Origin: Eledone cirrhosa
Taxonomy: Eukaryota
Direction: 5' to 3'
DNA: 64,000 nt
Assembly (NCBI GenBank): GCA_964016885.1
Contig: OZ024741.1
Coordinates: 375,348,001-375,412,000 of the forward strand
The notes under the pieces are model-generated. The model was not told the DNA's origin. It saw only the letters and a list, made by a program, of their open reading frames with translations, and searched no databases. A program made the position numbers and the translations under genes. This document shows, piece after piece, positions 53,805 through 64,000 of the stretch. How positions within the stretch are numbered: the first letter of the stretch is position 1; every line of letters starts with the position of its first letter.

Positions 53805-54361
53805 ACACTACACCAAAGACACAATCACCTTTCTAAACCACTTCACTTCATAGACAATACTAACTTTTAATGATGATGGATCCCCGGAGGAAACACAGTA
53901 AGATTTGGACGCCACTACATAGAGATACTTTAAAGCCTTATACACTACTGCATTAGATTATTCATTTCTCCCTTTTAATGGTTTCTGGTACTTTACTGGT
54001 ACTTTATTTTATCGATTCCGTAAGGATGAAAGGCAAAGCTAACCTCGGCGGGATTTGAACTCAGAGCGTAAAGGGCCATAACTCTACGCCACGAAGCATG
54101 TTGTCCGATGCTCTACCGATACTGCCAATCTACCACCCTGTTCCTTTCTTATAATAGTATACATCAATCAATTAACTACTAATTTAAGTTTACTTATTTC
54201 ATTATAATGAATAAAAAAAGCCTTCATTAATAGAGAAACGCATGCTCCATCCTAACCCGACAAAATAGTTATAGGTAAAACGTATGCATCCCCCTGCAAC
54301 ACACACACACAAGTATATTTATTTACATCACCCTACATATACGTTTAATGAAAGTCACTAC

Positions 54362-54845
54362 ATGGTCGTCGATTTGCTAGAAATAGTAGCCAAATCTCCC
54401 TCAAAGGCAGATTGGACAATGTATTATTTGATAAATAAAAAGACAGGGTGGTCGCTGCTAGAATGCTTTTACCAGGGAAAGCCTGGAGTTTATCCCCAGG
54501 GCAGCTATGATTGCATACCAACATCCCGTATACTTAGGCTCACATACATGCACGCACCAACTCACCCTCACGAATATATATATATACACTCAAACTGAAT
54601 TCTAAACAAGAGCAAACAAAACTTTCCGCAATTTCTCTCACACACAAATAGAACGAACAGAACTTCTACTAAGTCGCTCGACATACTAGAAAAAGCAGCC
54701 AAATCACCCTAACTTTACAATAAGAATTTTCAAGACGTTTATGAAATGTTAGAAAGGGACTAAAATAAGGGCTGGTTGGTCATAGATGGAACGCTTTTGA
54801 TCTAATTATGTTCAGTCATGGCTGGCACGAGGCTAAGCAACAAGA
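54362..54845 (+). repeat. old dispersed repeat family (GCTAGAAATAGYAGCCAAATC motif), two degenerate copies
   Basis: Motif at 54376 and 54685. Relatives near 22980, 26650, 8430 (-) and 38830-39000 (-). Confidence 0.5.
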
Positions 54846-55071
54846 CAACTCTTCAGATATATATACGTAGATGCTACCACATACAAACACAGGATGTAAT
54901 ACATATATCTTCACGCCTCATTGATACCCAGCACCAAATGTTTAGTATCACGTGATCCACTTATTTGAAGAGATTATAGGCGGCCAGGTTCACATTAAAA
55001 CAGAAATCCTGAAATGAACATACCAACTATCTACCAGCTGTTGTCATTTTTACTCTTGTTTTTCTTGGTCG

Positions 55072-55138
<67 letters not shown>

Positions 55139-55733
55139 GCGCACACACACACGCACACACACTCTCACACACACACACTCACACACACGCACACACTCAC
55201 ACACACGCATATACACCTAACGTTTCGGTCGTTACTCATTCATAGACTAAGAGATGGGCGTGAGTAAGGAGTGGAAGAACCATTTACTGGAGGAAAGCCC
55301 ATGCGTGTTTAGTCAGACACAAGAGGTAAATTTAATGTAGTGCTTTCTTAATTAGAAGCTTTCACTGTGAAAAGAATGAAGTGTAACGTGTAAACACTTT
55401 CAACTCCTCCGTACACTGAAATATATAAGAAATTATCCTTATGTGTTTCAGATATATTTATCTCTCATCAGAGGACAAATAGGGAGAAATATCACTATAG
55501 CAATGTTATATATCATACAGGACATAGAAAAGAAATTAGACAGGAATGTCCAGTTTAATTTGCAAGAAATGCACAAGAAGCTTGAGAGAAGAAGCTGAAA
55601 GCGCAGGGCTCACGGTTGGGATTCTATCTCTTCAATTTCCCTATTCTGTGTCTCACCAAACATCGAATACTACCCTGATTTGTGGTCGTCTTGGTCTTCG
55701 CACCGCAGACAGCCCATATATATATATATATAG

Positions 55734-55891
55734 GGAAAAGTATGACCCCGACGGCAGAGCTCAAGCCGTTTCGACGGCTATTTCTGGACTGTCGTCGGGT
55801 CATACTTTTTCCTATCACCCACTCTACTACCCTAAGTATTGAGTACCCTGGTGCGTTATTGTCCATCTGGTTCTTTACCACAATTCCTTCG

Positions 55892-55893
<2 letters not shown>
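55734..55893 (+). mobile_element. Penelope-type terminal-repeat fragment with 5' fold-back, in (TA)n
   Basis: Same family as 33399 and 47823. Confidence 0.75.
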
Positions 55894-55936
<43 letters not shown>

Positions 55937-55954
55937 CATACATGTATATACATA

Positions 55955-56034
<80 letters not shown>

Positions 56035-56104
56035 CACACACACACACACATACACATATATATATATATATATACACATACACACATATATATATATGTA
56101 TATA

Positions 56105-56341
56105 TATATATACTAAAATTCCGTGATTGCTTGCTTGTCTGTAATGTAATACCGCCAAAAGGGCGCATAATGGGAAAATACTTTGAAAGGAAGTTGCCCT
56201 TGAAATGGGAATACAAATGGAATGAAACAAGTTTCGCGTAAATCGGACAACGGGTTCTTGAGATATGGGGTTTTCGGGGTACCTTCATAAATAGAGAGAG
56301 AGAAGGATAGAGAGAAAGAGATATTGGTTTTGAGAGAGTAG

Positions 56342-56393
<52 letters not shown>

Positions 56394-56395
56394 AG

Positions 56396-56442
<47 letters not shown>

Positions 56443-56744
56443 GAGAGGGAGAGAGAGAGAGAACTGGTGGAGTTGTGTATATATATGTGAGTGTCTGTAT
56501 GCCTATGACCAGTGTATAAAGATCACAGACCCCCCCCCCCCACACGCATATATATGTATGTTTTCAAACACACACATTTATATATATACATACACACACT
56601 TATATATATCTGGGCCTTCCAGTTTCAATCACGTTATATACATGTCTGTGTATAGTTTAATTATTTAAACATTATTTTAAGTGAACATGATTTTATAAAA
56701 ACATTTTGAAGTGAACGTGACTCAACGTGTCACGGGTGGTCTAG
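56105..56744 (+). mobile_element. non-autonomous Helitron
   Basis: 5' TATATACTAAAATTCC (TC terminus obscured by TA repeat); 3' hairpin CGTGAC-TCAACGT-GTCACG, then GGTGGT-CTAG|T. Confidence 0.65.
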
Positions 56745-56899
56745 TATATATATAAATATACGAAGAGAGAAAGAGTAAGTGAGAGAGAGAGAGAGAGAGA
56801 AGGAGAAAGGGAGAGAGAGGAGAGAGAGAGATGAGCTGGAATGGACAGCCGGGAGGGAAAAGGCTCAACAGAATTCCCGGTATTCGCACTGCAAACATA

Positions 56900-56959
<60 letters not shown>

Positions 56960-56996
56960 GTATATATATGTACATATATATATATATATATACATG

Positions 56997-57077
<81 letters not shown>

Positions 57078-57095
57078 GTATATTTATATATATAC

Positions 57096-57146
<51 letters not shown>

Positions 57147-58024
57147 CACAGAAAGAGAGGGAGAAAGCGAGAAAGAGAAAACGAGAGAGGGGAGGGGGAG
57201 AGGCGAGAAATGAGCTAGAATGGACAGACGGGGAGGGGGAAGGTTGAATAGAATTTTAAAAGATAAACAGTCAATTTCAAAAATTTAAATAAATAACCAC
57301 ATCAGCTAAAATAAAGAATTTATAAATAACTCGCATCTTCTCAATTCATTCCTTTACAACAGGTGCGCAGGAAGCTTTTTTAAATCAGTGGTGAATTGCA
57401 AGTGCATATGTACTTGCGGGCTCATATTTGTGCTGAGAAAAATAATGAATCTTGCATTATACATACTCGTAGTCGTGCACGCAACCGCATTAAGCAAAAT
57501 TAATTAAAATGTTACACAGCATTAATTAACTAGATAGTTATAATACTTAAAATAGCGAAATACTGGATATGCCTCCAGAGTATAATGTTGTAAATTTAAT
57601 TAATTTTATTAATTTAATTAAACTTTTTACCTTACATCTTAATGAGAAAGTTGTTTCTGCTTAGCTTTGGGAAATAATGATGTTCAGCGGAAACAAAGGC
57701 ACGTGGCTTAGTGGTTAAAGTGTTCAGGTCACGATCATGACGTCATGAGTTCGATTCTTGGACCGTATGGCATGTTGTATATATATATATATTTCATGTT
57801 TCTTTTGACAGAATTTGTGACCAGCAGATAGTAACTGACGATCGGCCCCTTTCCTTTATATGGAACAAACGATGATGTGAGGCGGCAAATGTGATTGATC
57901 TTTAAATGTCGGATAGAATGCTTTGGGGTACTCCTTCTCGCTCTCTGCTATCTTTGAATATCAACTTTGCCTTCCATCCTTTCGATGAAATTTGTGTATT
58001 TTCAGATTTTATACAAATGTCATT

Positions 58025-58323
58025 GGCGGCGAGGTTAAAACGTCAGATAGAGTGATTTGTGACATTCGTTCCAGTTCTCTGCTCCCTGAGTTCAAATCCC
58101 ACCGATGTCAACTTTGCCTTTCATCCTTTCTAGATCGATAAAAAGAAGTACCAGTTACTTACTTGGTTCGACTTTTCCTCTATATATCTTTCTCACTCAC
58201 CCCTCTCTCCTTCTCACAAGAAATTGGCTGTGTTCCGACCTGGAGAAAGAATGGGCTCCACCAGGTTTAACTAGTTCCGAGAACACCATGGTGGTACTAC
58301 AACTCTTTAAGAAGTTACGGAGT
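58025..58323 (+). mobile_element. group A long SINE (degenerate)
   Basis: B-box, central motif and GACCTGGAGA tail. Confidence 0.7.
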
Positions 58324-58636
58324 CATGCAGTGATGATGTAGCTATTCTCAGCGATTTTGCAAAGTTTTTATCAGTAAGTCTGATATGCCAGTGATCACAA
58401 GTATGGCCGAGTGCTTAGTCGGGGAGGGAAAAACTGCGCATAACCCTTTTCAGGGCGCCAGAGACCTGTTTGAAGGAGAGAGGAGGTTATCATCAACCCA
58501 GATATTTGGTCCTAATGCTGGCAACAGAGTGGAATCTATCAATGGCACCCAAGGGCCAGGTGGTGGTGTCAAACCAAGTGACTGATTACGTTTTTTTTTT
58601 AATGCATTTTAATACTTCTGGTATATGCGTACTTAC

Positions 58637-58667
<31 letters not shown>

Positions 58668-58745
58668 TGTATGTATGTATGTATGTATGTATGTATGTAT
58701 GTATGTACGTATGTACGTATGTATGCTTGCATGTATGTATGTATG

Positions 58746-59007
58746 TTTTCTCTTTCTCTTAATTTCGAGTATATTTTTTTGACCGGCCACCTTCCTGGTG
58801 GCAAGGTTGTAAAAGAAAAGAAATTGTCATCCCTTGAATCGCAAGAATGTTTTGCATATTTTGAAGGTGCCAGCTATCGCAGCCATTTGTAGACTATGAA
58901 TTAGGGAGCTGCGCTTTTTGTCCGCAAATCCAAGTTCGGTCATACTTTGGTCCAAGCGGGTTGGTATATAACCCGTAGCACCAATAATGATGGGTATGAA
59001 GCTAAAG
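58746..59007 (-). mobile_element. R4/Dong-like RLE LINE family 1, 3' end
   Basis: Matches 14099-14360. (CATA)n on both sides. Confidence 0.88.
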
Positions 59008-59210
59008 GTGTATGTATGTATATATGTATATATGTATATATGTATGTACGTACGTAAGTATGTATGTATGTATGTATGTATGTATGTATGTATGTATGTA
59101 TGTATGTATGTATGTATGTATGTATGTATGTATGTATGCTTGTATGTATGTATGTATGTATGTATGTATGTATGTATGTATGTATGTATGTATGTATGTA
59201 TGTATGTATG

Positions 59211-59661
59211 GGCAAAGGAGCTCTTAAGAGTCAATGGCCATCCAAAATCATCGGGAGAGATGACCCCTTAGCCTTTGTCAAGGCAGAATTCTAGGAGAAG
59301 GAAAACTCTGTTATAACACCTGCAACCCTGATGGTATCCAATGATGTTGACTTGTTCTTCTTTTTGGTAAATATCATCTTGGTTAAGAGAGTGGGACTGG
59401 CTTTGTGCAGTGCCTTTGCTCACTATAAAAGCTTCACGGCACAGGCATTGCTTTATATCTGGAGATCTCTCTGCACTTGTCGTCATATGGTACCATGGGC
59501 CCAGCACTATGTGTCAATAATTGTCACAAGTGTAGTGTTTGTACCAGAGTTTTCAAGTCGCTGGCTGGACTAAGAAGTCACACTCGTTCAGCGCATCGGT
59601 GGGGGTTCTCCTATATGGATATAAAGTAGTGGCCGTACTCGAAAACGAGTTGGCAGCCACC

Positions 59662-59663
<2 letters not shown>
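59211..59663 (+). mobile_element. RTE-tailed non-coding retroelement, 5'-truncated, in (TATG)n
   Basis: Matches 3428-3877. Confidence 0.85.
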
Positions 59664-59694
<31 letters not shown>

Positions 59695-59726
59695 TGTATG
59701 TATGTATGTATGTATGTATGTATTAT

Positions 59727-60332
59727 GTCAGGTCACCAGTTGGTGCTACTGGTAACATGTATCCCAGTACAACCTGTCTCATGGTTGGGTCGTTGGCGAC
59801 TAAACTGGCAACCCCACCAAGGTTTCTTGGTGAGGAGGGTGACTTTGGACATCCTGCAGGACTAAAAACAAAACCTGTCAAATGGCAAAGGAGCTCTTAA
59901 GACTCAATGTCCATCCAAAATCACTGGGAGAGATTATCCCTTAGCCTTTGTCAAGGCAGAATTCTAGGAGAAGGAAAACTCTGCAACCCTGCAACCCTGA
60001 TGGTATCCAATGATGTTGACTTGTTCTTCTTTTTGGTAAATATCATCTTGGTTAAGAGAGTGGGACTGGCTTTGTGCAGTGCCTTTGCTCACTATAAAAG
60101 CTTCACGGCACAGGCATTGCTTTATATCTGGAGATCTCTCTGCACTTGTCGTCACATAGTACCATGGGCCCAGCACTATGTGTCAATCATTGTCACAAGT
60201 GTAGTGTTTGTACCAGAGTTTTCAAGTCGCTGGCTGGACTAAAAAGTCACACTCGTTCAGCGCATCGGTAGGGGTTCTCCTACATGGATATAAAATAGTG
60301 GCCGTACTCGAAAACGAGTTGGTAGCCACCAT
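59727..60332 (+). mobile_element. RTE-tailed non-coding retroelement, full length, in (TATG)n
   Basis: Same 5' start GTCAGGTCACC as 3271; (GTAT)n tail. Confidence 0.88.
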
Positions 60333-60437
60333 GTATGTATGTATGTATGTATGTATGTATGTATGTATGTACGTATGAATGTATGTATGTATGTACGCAT
60401 GAATGCATGTATGTACGTATGAATGCATGTATGTATG

Positions 60438-60624
60438 TTTCTCTTTCTCTTAATTTCGTGTACATTTTTTACGGCCACCTTCCTGGTGGCAAGGTTATAA
60501 AAGAAAAGAAATTGTCATCCCTTGAATCTCAAGAATGTTTTGCAAATTTTGAAGGTACCAGCTATCGCAGCCATTTGTAGTCTATGAATTAGGGAGCTCC
60601 GTCTTTGTCCACAAATCCAAGTTC
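60438..60624 (-). mobile_element. R4/Dong-like RLE LINE family 1, short 3' end
   Basis: Matches 14099-14290. Lies in (CATA)n. Confidence 0.85.
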
Positions 60625-61927
60625 CTTATATGTGGGTGTGTATGTATGTATGTATGTATGTATGTATGTATGTATGTATGTATGTATGTATGCATGCATG
60701 CATGCATGTATGTATGCATGCATGTATGTATGTATGTATATATGTATACAAGTATTTAGGTGTATGTACATGTAAGTGTTGTGGATGCGTATCTATGTCT
60801 GCGTAAATGTGTATGTATGTATGTATGTATGTATGTATGTATGTATGTATGCAAATATTTAGGTGTATGTACATGTAAGTGTTGTGGATGCGTGTATCTA
60901 TGTCTCTGTAAATGTGTATGTATGTATGTATTTACATCATTACAATATTACAATTCTGTGTCGGTTATCTCTCAACACATCCATCTTTCAGACACATTTC
61001 AAGTAGCACCACGTAGCACCATGTAGCAAAAATGCCGCACCCTTCATAAATAAATTGTTCTTCCGTCTCTGACCCTTTTTTCATTCTAATGAATGCAAAT
61101 CCCTTGGGATCGTTATTTTTAGAAAATGTTTCATTTACAACAAATTGGGGACTCCTGTACATACAACGGGGTTGTGATAGACGTTTCTGGAAGTAATGGA
61201 AGTTATTTCGTTCCTTTGTTTGTTTTAGGTATCCTCGCTGAGGCCAAGCTGGAGCAACGCTTCCACAACTTCTGGCTGTTTGTTTGGCTTTCTTGGAAAC
61301 ATGAGGAATATGAATTAATTAAGGATTAAGATTAGCAAGGAAGAGGTTCTTAGATTACCTAAGGGAATATGATGTTAGTGGTGGGGGTGGTGGCGGCGAT
61401 AGCAAGGATGATAGCGGTGATGGTAGTGATGGTGGGAAAGAGAAAGATAATTGTGATGGTAGTAGTGGTAATTGTGGTGGTAGTGGTTTTGGTAGTGGAG
61501 GTTGAAATGGTGAAAGATAGTGAGAGAAGTGATTCTGGTGTATGATTGATGCGGTAATGATAGTAATGGGGGTTGGGTGGTAGTGGGGTTTAGAGTTAGG
61601 TTTAGGATTGTGACAACGGTAAAAGCGCTAGAGGACGATAATGATGGCAGTATTACTGGTGTCAATGGTAGGGGTGATGGTGCTGTGTGACATAGTAGTG
61701 GGAGAATAGGTTGTAGTGTCAGTGGTGTTCTTCATAATTTTGCAGCTGTTGGTTGATAGTTATGTTCTTGTTGGTGGTGTTGTGTTGTAAACCGAGGTTA
61801 GCCCTGATCCAGCAGTTGTAAGACAGATATATCACGCCTGCTTAACCCAAATAAATGTATATACTTACACGGGGATAGAGAACACCCCCAAATAGAAAAT
61901 ATTAACGGTGAACTATTTAGATTCAAA

Positions 61928-62066
61928 ATGTTGCTGTCGAGAACTCTGGCGTCCTTCGTTCCCGCACTGTTGATTCCTCCGTAAAGTTGGAAAGACGGTG
62001 GCCTGATTGAGGAGGGAATCCCGTGAGGTGGAGTGGCTGTTTCAGCGGGTGTCTCCGGCCATCACC
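61928..62066 (+). mobile_element. CRE-clade LINE remnant
   Basis: VAVENSGVL.. and NPREVEWLFQRVSPAIT. Confidence 0.65.
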
Positions 62067-62104
62067 AGTCTAGAACCCCTATCTTGCTCAGAACATTGAC
62101 CTCC

Positions 62105-62635
62105 TGGAAACTGTTCAGAGACATGCAATCAAGCGACTACCCTCCATCAGGCATCTACCATACTCTGAACGCCTTGCTTCCTTGGGCATGGATACATTGA
62201 AGCTCCGATGTCTGACAACTGACTTGGTAAACTCCCACAAAATTATTAACCATCTTGCCAACAACAACCCTGAGCACCTTTTTGAATTTCATGTGTCTAA
62301 CACACGTGGGCATGCATACAAAATCAGAAAACAGCATAGCTCCCATGACTTTCGTAAACATTTTTTCACATTCAGAGTTGCTGAAGCATGGAACAAACTA
62401 CCTACATCAGTTGTTAGTTGCCGAGACACTGCATCCTTTAAAACCTCCACGCTTCCTGAAATTTGCCAACACTACACCTGATATCCCCACTCCATATACA
62501 CGCACACATGTATATCATAACTCATACACTGTTCACTTTCCTGGCATTATTCTATATACATTATTCTATGTACTATACATATACCTTTGATGAGTTGTAG
62601 TGCACCTGAGCACTGTACATAATAATTACATAATT
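62105..62635 (+). mobile_element. CR1-clade LINE 3' fragment
   Basis: ORF 62182-62481: TRGHAYKIRKQ..RKHFFTFRVAEAWNKLPTSVVSCRDTASFK. Confidence 0.88.
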
Positions 62636-64000
62636 ATGATTTTATTCTCCATGGTAACGCTTGCCGTTTTGTCCACGGGGCGCAGCTGGAGCAGTGTTCA
62701 GACTGGGGTGGTGTAGTGACTGACCCCCCACCCTTCTTTCATTGCTTGATCCTTCTTTCATTTTCTTTTTTCCCTTTTCATTTTCTCTTTTCATCTTCCC
62801 TTTCTGTTCCCTTGAATAGTGTTTTGTTTTTCTTAGATAGTGCTCAATATGTACTTGTATGTTATATTCTTGATGAGGGCGTTGTGTGGTAAACACAAGT
62901 CAGCCCTCATCGAGTGGTCGTTATACAAGTAGTTAGCCGGACGAAAGACGAGGCATGACCCACACATATATCTTTCCAATTATGCTACATCTATTTAACT
63001 GGAGACCATACTGCACACCTCGACATGCAGTTAAGAATTTCTACTGGGTTTAAAATGGCAGTCTGGTCACTTTTGCATTCCCTTTAATATCCAGTCTATT
63101 TTTGTATACCCCGAAATTCTAATGTTGACCACACCGGATGCGGCTATCGTGGAGTTGCTCAGAGCGTGACAGTTGGTGTACGTTTGCACTTTCTGACAAC
63201 GTTTATGCTACCATCGTTCATCTACCGCCCACAAATGCAACCTATACAAAATAACAAACCTGCATTGACTCTATAAATCGATACCCCCAAAACATTTTCC
63301 AGTAGAGTCATTCTTCTCTTGTCTCTTTCAACAGTAAAGGCCCAATCAATACACATATAAAAAAATAATACGCTACCGAAAGCTAAAATCATTACAAATA
63401 ATAGTCTAACTATTAGGTCAATCAACAGGCTTTGGTGCTAGGTGGTAGGGCTATGTTTTAGAACATTCTAGGTGGACATTCTAATATGCAATAATTCTAA
63501 GGCGGAGTTTCGGAGGAGACATCACCGTAAATTTGTCTAAATATGGGGGTACACAATTGAAAAGTAGGAATTGAGGAGGCAGTGCTATCCAATGACATGT
63601 TGATGACGAGCCCGTTCACCAAAACTAAGGATCTCTCCAGGCGATCTAACATTCTCTAGTAATCCTCTTCGGAGCCGAAAAATATTTCGTCCCCCAATAA
63701 CCACCAACCCTTTACAAAACTCAAATGAGATTGAAAATGGAGTTCTGATCTGGTCACATATATGGGGTGGTGTTGCTGCTACACACTCAGACATCTGAAA
63801 ATCGTATAAACTCACTTGCCAACACACATCAACCTCTGAACCATATCTGTGGTGTCTGCACTTTGGCCTTTCTACAGATACTGCAGTGGTCTCAGCTCCT
63901 CGGAGCTGGTTCATCTCACACCATACTCACTCAAGTCCTCTTGAATCTCATGTTTCTTCACATTTCTTTACCAACCATAAGGCCTTGCAATAACCACTCT

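Noticed and set aside
55219-55256. GACCGAAACGTTA on the minus strand, resembling a hammerhead 3' half
   Set aside because: No recognisable CUGANGA core or stem I.
58637-60930. Segmental duplication of the 12.6-15.9 kb block
   Set aside because: The components are shared, but their order and 5' truncation points differ, indicating independent insertions.
60940-61330. Complex-looking sequence here and at 40690-41050 and 63100-64000
   Set aside because: Translations are interrupted and I recognise no motif. Probably old TE coding remnants, but not supportable without a search.
62869-62913. Hairpin CTTGATGAGGGC..GCCCTCATCGAG with TTGATGA
   Set aside because: A simple hairpin. No GAAA follows stem II, so it is not a hammerhead, and I cannot assign a function.

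Overview
AT-rich eukaryotic intronic/intergenic DNA saturated with microsatellites. The SINE families and repeat landscape point to a cephalopod, probably Octopus (inference). Almost every ORF in the supplied track is a microsatellite artefact. Real content: about 35 copies of two tRNA-derived SINE groups; 5'-truncated LINE ends (RTE, CRE, R4/Dong-type RLE, CR1, L1/Tx1); two Penelope-like GIY-YIG elements; two non-autonomous Helitrons; several MITEs; a 28S rRNA pseudogene; and possibly two exons of a minus-strand secreted-protein gene. Two systems stand out. (1) Eleven complete type I hammerhead-ribozyme motifs plus several half-motifs sit in Penelope-type terminal repeats, mostly inserted in (TA)n and often with fold-back 5' ends. 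They include a family with a compensatory U3:A8 core, and one copy starts exactly at the predicted cleavage site. (2) (TATG)n 'nests' hold an RTE-tailed non-coding retroelement and two R4/Dong-like families in a fixed, opposite orientation. Coordinates were read by eye and repeat boundaries may be off by a few bases.
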